Both the position numbers and the translations under genes were made by a program. From the NCBI RefSeq assembly GCF_009914755.1, contig NC_060932.1: DNA of 64,000 nt. One strand, 5' to 3'. Positions 28,120 to 42,166 of the stretch are shown piece after piece (position 1 is the first letter of the stretch; every line of letters begins with the position of its first letter). Origin of the DNA: the human T2T-CHM13v2.0 reference genome, Homo sapiens. The notes beneath the pieces are model-generated. The model made no database searches and was not told the DNA's origin. It was given only the letters and a program-made list of their open reading frames with translations.

Positions 28120-29085
28120 TTGGGTCCATGGGGCATTGTGAAAATGTGAAGGGGGTCATTTTTGGCTGGCACAATAATTCAAGGAGGGCTATGACCATGC
28201 AGTGGGCAGAGGCTAGAGATGGTAGACAACCTGCGATGTGTGGGATGGTCATGGTCACACTCTGTGACCTGCATGATTTTTGAATGTCCCATTGAACATT
28301 TGCACAAATGAAAAATCTTCAAAGTGATCTGAGCTAAAACCAAACTCTCATATATAAACCCAAAGTATTTAAAAAACACACTGTATTTTCCAGGAAAGCA
28401 ATTGCTGTGCACATCGAGAGAAGATCTTGCTTTGTTTTGTTTAGAACTTTTCCAGGAGTTGTTCACTGTTTTGGAAAATCACATTAGCAATGTCAACATT
28501 ACTCATGGAATTCGAGCCTCCAGTACAATACACCCGATGGGCCTGCCCCAGTGGCTGCCACATTGACTGTGATTCTAGGTATGGATCCAGGCACCTGCAA
28601 TGTTATTTCTTTTAGCACAGTTCTGCCAAGAATTTGCATGTTGAAATACATGTTGTTTTATTGTACATTATTTCTCTTTTAATTCCACTTCATAATAGTT
28701 ATTTGATTTTTAAAATTATGTGTACAGATAGTTTATGTTGTATACAAATTTCATTTCAGTGTAGTAAAAGGGACATTATAAAATATTTGTAGGGCTGGGT
28801 GCAGTGGCTCATGCCTATAATCCCAACATTTTGGGAGGCTGAGGTGGTAGGATTACTTGAGCCCAGGAGTTCAAGACTAGCCTCGGCGACATAGAAAAAA
28901 CCCTGTCCTTACAAAAAATTAAAAAAAGAAAATTAGCTGAGCCTGGCGGTGTGTGCCTATAGTCCCAGCTACTCAGGAGGCTGAGCTGGGAGGATCATTT
29001 GAGCCCAGGAGTTTGAGGCAAAAAAATATAAAAATATTTGTGATAAAAAGAGGGTACTGGGTCCAACAGGGAGGAGATCCACTGT
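28120..29085 (+). mobile_element. MER20B-like hAT element interrupted by an AluJ-like element (28793-29030)
   Basis: MER20-like 5' part 'gtgggcagaggctagagatg', long AT-rich body; 'aaaatatttgt' repeated on both sides of the Alu. Confidence 0.6.
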
Positions 29086-29439
29086 TTGGACCAGTAAAGA
29101 TTCATCTCCTGGGTCCTCAGATGGGACGCACCTCCCTGAAGCCTCTACCTAGGCCGAGGAGGATAAGTACCAGGAGAGGCAGGGTTCTTTGGGGAAGCAA
29201 GAAGTAAGAATTGGCCAGGGGGTAGCAAGAACATTGTCTGCTCCAGGCAGGTTCTATTCAGCGCCATCCAGGAGCTACCTGGATTCAGTAGCTGCAGCTT
29301 TCCAGGCAGGAGAGAGGAGTTTGTTGTTGAGAAAGACACGAATCATCAGGTCCACCATGGCCTGGATAAAATGCCATTGACTGAATCCACCTTCCTTGCT
29401 TTTTATTCTAGCTCCACAGAACAGTCTTCTGATTACTAA

Positions 29440-29756
<317 letters not shown>

Positions 29757-30460
29757 CTGGCTGCTTTGATACTAGGAAGAATTAGCCAGGTGGCTCCCAA
29801 TGCTGGTCATTAATGTTCTGATCCCTGAGAAGGGGCATTCTCAGTTGTGAACAGATGTACTGGTGCTCTGATCAATTCTTTATTCTCTGTGGATCTGGTT
29901 AAGTCAGTAGCTCAGAACTGACCTATTCTGGGTGTCCTGACAAAGTGGAGTTCTGGGACTTGCAAAGCTGAAGTAGAAAAAGACCACCTCCAGGTGCTGC
30001 CACCAGAAAAGGCCCTTCCTGGGTAACTGCTGGCTTCCCTGGATGGCAGGGGCTTTCAAACTTCTGGCTGTGTAACCTCCGAAAAGAAAATGAAATGTCA
30101 TACAAATGCCCACTCTGCAGAGCCAGTTAAAGGGGAGCCGTGCTACCTGGGGGCTGGGGATGGGAGGCCGGGAGACAGCTCCCATGCATCCTGAAAGCCT
30201 CTCCCTGTGGTGGGCGCGGGCTTCTTGAAGATGGACAGGCTCTGACCGCTTTTGTCCTCTCTCTGAGTCACAGGATGAAGTCTTGGCCTCTGCCATCTCC
30301 CAGTTCCTCCCTGGGGGTGATAGAGGGAGCCACCCACACAGAAGCTCCTACCCAGGGACTTGATTCCTCTCAGTGCCACGCCTGGGGGTGCACCCAGGTG
30401 GGGCCCCTGTATTCACTGCGGCGGTAGAAGGGCTGTGAGCAGGCTTTCCTGGTTAGGCTC

Positions 30461-30876
30461 TGTATTAGTCCGTGTGCGTTGCTTTAAAAGAATGCCTGAG
30501 ACTGGGTAATTTATAAAGAAAGGAGGCTTATTTGGCTCGTGGTTCTGCAGGCTGTGCACAAAGCATAGGCCCAGCACCTGCTTCTTTCTGGTGAGGCCTC
30601 AGGAAGTTTCCAATCATGGCAGAAGGCAAAGGGGAGCCAGAGTATTACGTGGAGAGACTGAAAGCAAGAGAGGGAGGAGGTGCCAGGCTCTTCTTAAACA
30701 ACCAGATCTCCTGTGAACTCAGAGTGAGTGCTCACTCATCATCATGAGGACAGCACTAAGATATTCATAAGGGTTATGCCCCCGCAACCCTAACACCTCC
30801 CACTAGGCCCACCTCCACCGCTGGAGGTCACATTCCAACATGAGATTTGGAGGGGACAAACATCCAAACCATATCA
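30461..30876 (-). mobile_element. MST (MSTA/MSTB) MaLR solo LTR
   Basis: 'tgtattagtcc...caatcatggcagaaggcaaagg...catccaaaccatatca'; perfect 5-bp TSD ggctc (30456-30460, 30877-30881). Confidence 0.9.
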
Positions 30877-32834
30877 GGCTCTTTCCTAATCATTTTTCTT
30901 TTGCATCTTAAAAGTGAAGAGGAAAGAAGTCAGGCTAAGCCACAGTTAAATGGTCCATGGGGGAACAGTTAAAGCAAGCATCAAAATATTAAAGACATAA
31001 AGAGCTTTCACTAATACCAGGTCATCAGTAGGTCAGGCCACCGGCTTTCCACCCTTCATAAAAAAGGGAGGGGGCGATTTCCTGTCCAGTTCTGAAGGGA
31101 GCATGCATGGAGAATGCTGGAAAACCAGGCCTCTTAAGCTCAGAAACAGTCTGTGGCCCCAGCAAGCCCCAGGGCCCGGGACCCCAAATGCAGAAGAAAT
31201 GCCTAGTAGCCACAGGGCCCAGAGGGGTGTGCAGTACTGGGAGACAGAGATGGCACTAATTCCCAGGACAGTGGCGGCCACCAGGGCATGCCCAGGAGCT
31301 CAGGGGTCTTGGTGGTACCCGGGAAGCTCCTTCCCTCACCCAGCAAGCAGCTGAGGCTGCGGAGACCAGGTACCTGCTCAAGAACATTCATCTGACAAAT
31401 ACTCATTATTGAGTGCCTACGGTATGCTGAGCTGTTCCAAGTGCTCTAGATGGGGCTGGCTGTGATCAAAACAGAAAGCCCTGCCCTGAAGGACTGGGTA
31501 GACCTCAGAAATACCTCTTATAAGTGTGAGAGTTTGCTTTATGCTTTTCTGTGTATAAATGGGCTTGCATTGCTTTGAAAATTAGGAAAAAGGTTATTAA
31601 AGAATGTTATTAGAAATTGTTTTTGAATAAATATCCACGAGGAAATAGAAACATGATAAGGAAATACCAGCTAATTACACATCCGCAAGTGCAGTGGACT
31701 CTGTACTCTGATGAGGCCTCAGGAGGTGTGGTCAGAGAATCAACACCAGATGGTCCTAGAAGAACTGATTGTGAACTGTTATTGTCAAAGAAATCATCAT
31801 AGGAGAACTGTAACTGTTGGTCAATCTGCTGATGTTTTATTCATGCACTTCATTATTCAGTCAAGAAACTTTTTTTGTATTAGATTCTGAGAACATAGAG
31901 ATGGGCAAATTACCATCCTGCCCTCTAGGACCCCACATTTCTGTTGCAGGGCAGAAATGTTAATGGTTACAAACAGCAGAATGTTGTAGGTGGCATGGTA
32001 GAGTTGGGGACTGGGTGTGGAAGGGACCACAGGAGAGAGATGACCATTTTATCTTGGTCCACAACACAGAGTCTGTTACACAGTAGGCTCTTACTCCGTT
32101 ACTGAACAAATAGTGTTCGGGCAAAGCTTCATGGATGTGAGAACCTGGTAATTACACATCTTTGATGAAAGTGTGAGAGTTTGCTTTATGCATCTATGAT
32201 GAAAGATGACATCTTTGGTTCTTGCATCTGTTCCAACTGGCTTTGCTCTTTTCTTGGCAACATCAATAACTTTTAGATGTTGTGTGACCACAGCTGGTCT
32301 TCTTTTCATCACATCACCATGTGTCCTTGCATTCCTCACAATAGTTCTTTATTTCATTCTGCTCTCCCTCCATTGCTACCTGCTCTTTCTTCATAATTTT
32401 TCACTCCTACTTCATAAAAGCCATGTCTTCTTATGTCCTAACGAAGACGCAAAACAGTAGTTTAGAATTCTCTTCCGGTTCATGGAGTACATCACTTTCA
32501 GAAACAGGACCTTCCTCTAGACTTCTGAATGACATTCCATTTTCTTTAATCTGCAGTACTGCAGAGCTTATCCTGCAAGAAGGAAAATCTGTTCAGATCT
32601 ACTGGCTGCTAAAAGACACATTGTGACTCTCTTGACTCCACTCACTGTCCATTTGGACGTTTGTGGAATCTCATTCTTAGATAGACAACTGTAAGATAGT
32701 GTAGTGTGCAGAGCTTGGTGCAATTTCCAGTGACTACAGAGCACGTATTCCTTTCATGTAGCTTTGTAGGATTGAGGCAAAATCTTCTCCTACAACTAAT
32801 ATCTGTCTAGTTGACACTCTGAATTAAAAAAAAG

Positions 32835-32877
32835 TGCATGTGCGTGCACACGCGCGCGCGCACACACACACACACAT
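32835..32877. repeat. (TG/CG/CA) alternating tract including (CG)5
   Basis: gtgcatgtgcgtgcacacgcgcgcgcgcacacacacacacaca. Confidence 0.9.
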
Positions 32878-33569
32878 AAACATCTGGCCGCCAGAATATA
32901 CTGTTCCCAGGGCTTTTCCTGGTTCTGTCATCGCCCAAAACCTTACTTTTGTTGGAACTATGCTTCCTCCAACAATTGACCTATTGCCAGCCTATGCCTG
33001 ACCACCTCCACCACCATGCACATATGTACCCAACTTTCTGCACTTTTGTTTTCTTAGAATTTATTTATTAAATGGGGACTTGCAATTTCTAAATAAATGC
33101 AGAAAGAGGGGAATTGTTGGTAAGGTCAAGAAGAGGAGAATGGAGTGCTGCTTTGAAACACAGAACCCAAGCAATTGAGGGATGGATTCCCAATTTTTTT
33201 GGTTGATCCAGACCCTGGGCTTCTAAGCCAGAGGTAAAAAAAAATCTAGAGAGAAATAAGATGGCTTCCTTCTTGGCATGATAGGCCTCTTCTTTTGAGA
33301 TGATGGAACATGTACTCTTTCTTAGTTTGATTTTGAAGTTTGCCTTATAGAACTTAGAATTTGTCTACATTTCTTCCATATTTGGGCAGTGGATTTTCCA
33401 ATTGTTTTAACTTCTGGTGGGGTTACATGCTTTTACTCTTCACGCATTCTAAATAGGTATTTTAGTAGAAAGTTGACAAAGGTTATAGTAGGTACTGATA
33501 AGCAGATTCAATTTAAAACCAGAATCCCTGACCTATTACATACTTATTCATTCATTGATTCATCCAACT

Positions 33570-33988
33570 AATATATATACACACATATATAGATGTGTGT
33601 ATATATATATATATATAGATGTGTGTGTATATATATATATATATATAGATGTGTTTATATATATATACATATGTATGTGTATATATGTATATATATATAT
33701 ATATTTTTTTGAAGGTCTCACTCTGTCAGCCAGACTAGGGTGCAGTGGCACGATCATAACTCACTGCAGCCTTGAAAATTCCTGGGCTCAACCTGTCCTC
33801 CCACCTCAGCCTCCTGAGTAGCTGGGACTACAGGCATATGCCTCCACACCCAGCTAATTATTTTATTTTGTAGAGTTAGGGCCTCGCTACTTTGACCAGG
33901 TGGCTCTTGAACTCCTGGCCTCAAGTGATCCTCCTGTGTTGGCCTCCTAAGGTGCTGTGATTATGGGTGTGAGCCACCAGTCCCAGCC
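33570..33988 (-). mobile_element. AluJ-like element (33704-33988) with a TA-rich compound microsatellite at its tail
   Basis: Repeated 'atatatagatgtg' units followed by a diverged Alu. Confidence 0.88.
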
Positions 33989-33989
33989 T

Positions 33990-34690
33990 TCCAACTAACG
34001 TTTATTGAGTTCAAATTATTTGCCTGGTCCTATGGTAGACACCAGTAGTAAAAACCCCACCCTGTCTTCATGAAGCTTATTGTCTAGTGGGTGTTTCAGG
34101 TTCCAGGTAATTCCATACAATATGATAAATGCTTCCAGATTAAGTACAAGGAGTGCCTTCTCTGCCCTACAGTCTGGGCTATGAACCAGACGTCGTGGGA
34201 GAAAACACTTGGGATGATAGGTTAAAGGGCCGACAGTATTGAAGGTTCTTGATAACATGTTCATAGGTTTAGCCTTTGAACCTGTGAACCTTTAGATGGG
34301 GGAGCCCCTGAGGAATTTAGTGCAAGGAAGTGAGTGACTTATTGAAAGCTGTTATTTAGGAAATTACTGCAGTAGCCAAGTAAGGGGTGAACTGAGATGG
34401 GAAGAGAGGTGGGAAGTAGTAGGGCCAGTCAAGGAGGCTAACCCAGGAGGCCAGTGGGGATGCACTGAGAACTTGAATTAAGAAGGGTAGAAACAGAGAG
34501 GACAAGGCATTTAAAGGATCTGGTAATCAACCGCATGTGGGTGGCAAGGAGCAGGAACACTGGAGATGACACCAAGATTCCAGGTGGCTGGGGAGATGCT
34601 GGCACCATGTACCCAGAAGGGACAGCTCAGAGCAGATGCAGCACTGGGAAGAGATGGCGATGGTGGCTTTAGACATGTGGAGAAGGTAAT
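33990..34690 (-). mobile_element. L2 fragment
   Basis: 'tttattgag...cctgtcttcatgaagcttattgtctagtgg', 'ggggagcccctgaggaatttagtgcaaggaagtga'. Confidence 0.6.
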
Positions 34691-37600
34691 CCCTACCTGT
34701 CTGCTCTTTCCTTCACTTATTTTTATTCAGCTTATTAACTCCAATCTTAGGTTCTAATACATGAGGCACTGAAAGTTTCTACAAAGAAAAATCCAAATAA
34801 ACCCCCTTGGAGAAGATACCAAGGCTGAATCAACAGTAATTATGCTAACTCCTCACTTGATTCCATATGCTCTGGGGTCACATGTGGCTAGCTGGTGCTT
34901 TTCATCATCAATATGCCCACCCACCCCAAGCAATTAACTTACTTTGCATTCCCAAAGGATAGGTCTTAGTTGTAATTTTCCATATGGAGGCAGTGGGCCA
35001 GACATGTAGGGGCCTCTGCCCAAACCACAAAGAGTATCAACTGTCAGGACAGAAACAGTATTCCAGAAATCTGATCATTCAGTCTTAAATATTCAAAACC
35101 TCACTTATTTGAAGAGCCAGGGCAAGCACAAACTTGGCGCCGCTTTGAAGTTATTAAAATCTGGTTCTATTCTTCAGTATATGGATTCCCAGGAAAATTC
35201 CACTCTGATTTGCCAACCCCTTAGGTCTGTGGGTTATAGTAAAAGAGAAGCTGCAGATTAGTTCCGATTAATTTCCATCATAAGAGTCAATTCTTGCTTT
35301 TCAGGGAGAGATTAGGGAAGGAATGGTAATTAAAATCCACAGATAGCACAAACACCCAATGTAACCAGCAATTTCAAATCCTCCTCCACTGAATTTTTCT
35401 TATTAGAGGTGTCAAGTAGCAAGGCTCAGCCCACCTTTGGAGGCTGGATCTAACAAAATGTGAACACATCGGCAGGCAAGCAGGTGGGAGCAAGAAGATG
35501 AACAATGAGAAGCTGGGGGTTGTCAGCCTTCTGAGATTGAAAATCGGCCAATCTTGCCCACTCTCTGATGGTGTCATTTAGAAGAATCACATCAGTACTG
35601 TTAGTTTACATTGTGGGCTGCCAGGCAAGATTTTTAGAAAGGCCAGCTTACTCTTTGTTCATCATAGAAGAGCAGCTCACTGATCAGGAGCCCCACCCTT
35701 GTGGAGAATGGGTTTGCAGGAATTGCAGGCAGAAGGAGGTGACGTGGCAGAAGCAGACCTCCAAGAACACAGGCCTTTCTTATTTGCCTCTGGCCTTAAG
35801 CTTTGCCAGTTTCAGCTATTGATGTGACATGGGCCCAGCCCAGCTTGCAGCTGCTACCGCTTTAGATTTTCTTAGACACAGCCTTACACAGCCTTCATAG
35901 GGCCTCCCATTTGCCTGGCATTCGAGGCTGCACATTACCTAACCCAAATCACACCTTTCTTCTCACTACTCTCGAAACCATACACAGCCTTTGGCCAGGT
36001 TCACCCCCTGGTGGGTAACATATCTGTATTTCTCACCATCTTATCTTTGCTCCTGTCATTCCCTAACCAAATCCCCCCACCCCCCAATTCTCCACCCACT
36101 CCTCTTGCTGGAAATGGAACTACTCTTCAACGTCCAGCTCTTCCTTCAAACCTTCCCTGTTTCCCCCAACTCGAAGTGATCATTCCCTCCTATGACAGCA
36201 CTTCAGTGGTACGTCTTTGATGACACCACATTATGCTTTCTATTATATCACAGTAGCTTATATACCTTATGACTTTAATGTTCTCTGAAATGTGGGTCAT
36301 GACCCATTAGTGAGCTTTGAAATCACTTTAGTGGGTTGTGACCTGAATTTTAAAAAATGAAATAGAATAGAGTAGAATAGAACACTTTAGAGTACATTAC
36401 ACATAAACATATTTCCCTCTTTGGTTTATGATCAAAAAGCTTGAAAGTCACTGCTGCAAGTAGTAGTGATGTTTTCAGCTTTTATATAACAGAAAGCCTT
36501 GATCCAACCAGCTTAAATAACAAAGAATGTATTATCTTACATAATGCAAAGTCTGGAGATAAGGCAGCTCTAAGTTTGGTTTATTAGCAATTTTTTTTCT
36601 TAGATCTACCTCTTTTGTCCTATTAACAGTTTATCAACAGCATCAAGGACCCAGATTTTTGCCATCTCTGTTGTCTTTCTAGCTACCTCCTCTCCTGTTT
36701 GCCAAATGGCTGTAGGACTTCCTTGCATCATAACAACATCCATAGAAAAAAGAAGCTATATATTCTTTGAGTCTCTATTTATCAGCAAAGAAATCTTTCC
36801 CAGAACTCTCCCTACCCCCCAGATCTTCTATATTGTTCTTTGATACAAAGTGAAATCAAATGAATTACATGCCTAGTCAGGAGTGGCAAATCAAAATTAG
36901 TCTAAAGCAAAATTAGTTTAGACTATGCTAAGAGCACCTTCATGAGCATCTCTCTGATTCTACTGGTCAGGGAGAAGGGGAGATTGATGGATCTGGATTT
37001 GGGGTAGGCAAGCAAAAGTATCTTCCAGCCACACACAAGGTGCATCTCAGGAGGGCCAGGGTCCCTTTCTCTGCAATGCTTCTCACGTAGCAAGTCTAGA
37101 CAGTCACCTCCACTTCCAGTGATAAATGAAATCAATCACTTTGCCTCAAAGTATGAATATTCATGGGAAGCAGGGTCCAAATATCCAATTTGAGATACTA
37201 GAGGCATTCTGCAGACATAGCTCACGATTTTTTGTTCCTATATAACTCACCAGAGGTTAGCATTTTTTCCAGGTCTTAATTTTTCTATTGAATTATCAAG
37301 TGTAAAGGGCTAGATTGACAACATTGTACATTGTAATACAATTTGAATAATAAGATACATATTTGTCACAATGCAGATGGCAACTGAAGGTTCACAGATG
37401 GAATTGTGGCTCTCTAGACGAGATGGTGAGCGTGTGGCGGTGGGTGTGGAGAGAGGCGGTATCAGAGGTGGGGAGACATTACATCATCCCAGATATGGAG
37501 TTTCTTTGGGAACTCTGGCAGGGTTATTGCTGAATCATTCCGTGAGGCAAATTATTGGTGTGTTAGCTGGACAAAGCTCACTGTAATTATGCCCTTGTGT

Positions 37601-38324
37601 GTTCCACCACTCCCCTTGGCATTTCTCTGCTTATGCTGCCGTTTAAGGCCAGACTTCACATGAACACATAAAATCATCATATCTGCAAGAGTCAGTGGCA
37701 GAGAGGATAAAGGCAGTGCTGTTTTTCCTCTCTTGAATACACGCATGTGTGTATGTGTACATGCGCATATACAGACACACACACATCCCTTATCAGAGAA
37801 ACCGCAGGTTCAGATGACTTTGAACTGTGGAAAAGGTTTTGCCTCTTTCTGTTTTCTCCTTTAAAATGCAAGACCGTCCCATCTGCCCAGTAGATAAAAC
37901 ACGACTGTGAGTGCCTTGCAGTTCCTTGAAGGCTGCCTTGTGCTCGGGAGTACCAGACAGACCTCATCTCACTGCCAGACACTGGGTGCTGTCCATGCAC
38001 CTTGTTGGCCAGTGAGGTCCAGGATTGGAAGGCAGCAGGCTCGGATTTTACTCTTGCTTAGGTTGCTAACTTATGACCCAGTTGTTAGGCTGTGTTGGGT
38101 CAGTGGGCCTTGGGCACAGTCCCAGCTCTGCTAGAGCTTGCTTAAGTTTCCATGTTCAGTTTCAGGGGCTTCATTTTAAGAAGGTCCTTGGCAAACTGGG
38201 CAGCATGCTGGCTAGAACGGGCGGCATGTGAGAGAGATGTCCAGAAACAATGAAGAAACAACAGGAGTAATAATTATAATTGTACAAGGCTTTCCATTGC
38301 ATTATCCCATTGGATTTACTCAAT

Positions 38325-38489
38325 CTTTTTTAATTTTTATTTTTAAACAGGGTCTCACTCTGTCACCCAGGCTGGAGTACAGTGGTGCAATCATAGCTTA
38401 CTGCAGCCTTGACCTCCTAGGCTCAAGCGATTCTCCTGCCTCAGCTCCTGAGTAGCTGGAACTACAGGTGTGTGCCACCATGCCTGGCT
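38325..38489 (-). mobile_element. Alu right-arm monomer (AluJ/FRAM-like)
   Basis: 'cagggtctcactctgtcacccaggctggag...ccaccatgcctggct'. Confidence 0.85.
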
Positions 38490-39056
38490 TGATGTGCTAA
38501 ATCATACAAGGTATTTACACTTATTCTAAAGAGATTCTAGAGACCTTAGATGGGAGAGACTGAGGTTGGTGCCTAAGATCCTTCTTCAGTGGATTATTTA
38601 ACAGATGGCTTGGGACAGATTGGAGACGGAAGTGGTCATTACAGAGGGCTGCCATGGCTTCACTCTCATTTCCTTTCTCCAGCGTGACCCTGTAATTGAT
38701 TATAAGAGCTAATATATATGAAGTGCTTTCTATGTGCCCGGCACTATGCTAAGTGTTTCCAAGCATTTAAGCTTCACAACAAACTGTGAGGTGGGTGCTG
38801 TTATTATTTCTATTTATAGATGAAGAAACTAAGCCTTGGAAACAGAAGCACCTGCGTTTCTGTTTGTCCCTGTTCTTTCTGTTCCTTAAAAGCCTGGCTT
38901 GTTCTCATTCTTCAGGACTCAGTTCAAGGTCGTTGGTGAGGCTTTCCCTGCCCACCTATCCAGTAGCCCACTGCTGACTCCATGGCCCTGGCAACACTCA
39001 CCCATGTCCATCTCCTTCATAGGACATATTAGAATCTGCAGACATCTTAAAAGAAA

Positions 39057-39332
<276 letters not shown>

Positions 39333-40212
39333 AGGTATTTTATTTACTTATTCACTGGCTTATTTTCAGTCTCTACTATTCAGACATAAGCTCGGTGAGG
39401 ACAGGGACCTTGTGCCTCCTGTTTATCCTATGTTGGTGTCTAGCAGGGTGTCCAGAATATAATAGGAGCTCAATAAAATATTTGAATGGATGAATGCATG
39501 CAGGAAAGAATGTAATTCAATAATGGGATTTGGGCCCAAGTTTGTCTCATGTCAGAGAGCAAGGGCTCAATGCCCCTCTGTTCTGCTCCTGTGTTTTACT
39601 CACTCATCCATTCAACAAGCTTCGTTAAATTATCAACAAATGCCAGGCACTGAAGTAAGTGCTGGAGAATCCAATGAGTAAGACACAGTCTCTGGCCTTG
39701 AAAACCTCACTTCTGAAGGGTCGAGGTAGTGGTTGGAAGTAGAAAGTTGACACACCTTATAATAGAGTTAACTACAAAGTGACATAGCAACAAAAAGGGA
39801 CTACCTAGCTGCCCCTGCCAGACTGGGAAGACTTCTGCAGAGCTGGTTACTTTGAACCTGACCTTTAAAGAGGATTCTGGGCTGTTGGGAAAGGTGCCCA
39901 TGTATAGAGATAGGGAGAACACATGAATGTCTAAGGACCAGCGTGGGACTCTTCCCATCCTACACTGTTGAGTCACATTTTGATCTCTGTGCCCAGTTGT
40001 TAGGAGGGCCACTGACCAACTGATCATTTAGTGGGAACATCATGAAGGGGAATTTTGCCTGGGGTGGGGGTAGACTGCACTGGGAGTGGTATCTGTACAG
40101 CCCCTAACTATCCTCCAATTCTAAGAGTGGTGTGACTGGAAGAACTGTCTCATGGAGAAAGGCACCAAAAGACAGAACCAGACTACAGGGACATATTCTT
40201 CAGGACAGAATT

Positions 40213-40214
<2 letters not shown>

Positions 40215-40256
<42 letters not shown>
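40215..40256. repeat. (TG)~21 microsatellite
   Basis: Read directly. Confidence 0.95.
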
Positions 40257-40258
<2 letters not shown>

Positions 40259-41514
40259 AATATGAATATATATATCTATATATATTCATAGCACAGCCAT
40301 ATTCTTGCCCTAAATTTAGAGAATTTCCTAATGAGAAGGATAACTACAACCAAAGCGTACATATTGATTTGTAGTTTCCAAAAGATTTTCTCAAACATGA
40401 TCTCATTTGATCCTCCACTAGCCTTCTGGATATTCTGAAACTCAGAAAGACCATTTATTATTCATTTATTTGGTCAATGTCTATCGAGAATGAAGCCCCA
40501 GCCCAGACCTGGGCCGTGCACAGGGGTATAGTCCCAAAAGTACTTAGGTACAAAGAGGAAATGAAGGGCCATGACTCCATCCAGCATGTAGGAAAGGAAC
40601 TCCACCTAGGGACGCCTGAATCGTGCTGAATGTGGGGGCCAGCATCCTGGGTTCCTGAGTCAGTCTTGCCCTGTGCTCACTCTCCAGGCATTGGGTAATT
40701 AAATGAGATCATTACTTCATGTGTCCTGGTTAGGTTATAGGCTGGCTGCTAAGACAAAGACCCTTAAATAGGTAGGACTGCACCAAGATGAAAATTGATT
40801 TTTCTCTCTCATGCAGCCCTCCAGCCAGGTATTGTGGCTCTGCTCCAGGAAGTCATGCAATGCCAGGCTCTGTCCACTTCATTGCTCTGCCAGTTCTAGG
40901 GGGCTGACCCCATCCAGACGGTCCAAGATGACTCCTCATCACGACTCATGCTGTGTTCAGATGCAGCCTGATACGGACACTTAAACGATATCTCCAGGAC
41001 CTGGTCCTCTCTCAGCGCGGCTCCCTCATCCTCTGAATGAGAATCTCCTCCGCACCCTCAGACAGGCTCTTCCACCATGATTGCAAGAAGGTTTGGGCAG
41101 CTCCCTCCTTCATGTGTTCTCAGCTTTATGTCCACCGTCTCCCCTGTAAGAGTCAAATGCAAGTCCTGTGCTGCCTCTCAGTGACCTGCACCAATCCCAG
41201 TGGTGGGACAGGAGAACTTGTTCACTAAGACTATTAGAAGCTCCCCCTCAGCCCACCCCTGCAACTATGTGGCTGAGAGTGAGGGAGGGATGAGTCCCTA
41301 GAGAAAATTCTCTATACTGTTTGACCAGGAGAAGGATGAATGACTGTAAGTTGGTTTAAAAAAACAACTCATATTTCTTCTCTCAATTATATGTTCTCCT
41401 AGAGTCTATGATCCATAGCAGCTGTCTTCAAACTCCCCAATTTTGACTATGCCCCCAATAAGCACGTTTATTTCTTTGTAAGTATGCACATGTGCTATTC
41501 TACTAATATATTTC

Positions 41515-42166
<652 letters not shown>

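Noticed and set aside
27601-28149. 182-aa ORF
   Set aside because: Starts in an Alu monomer and runs through LTR-like sequence; no protein signature
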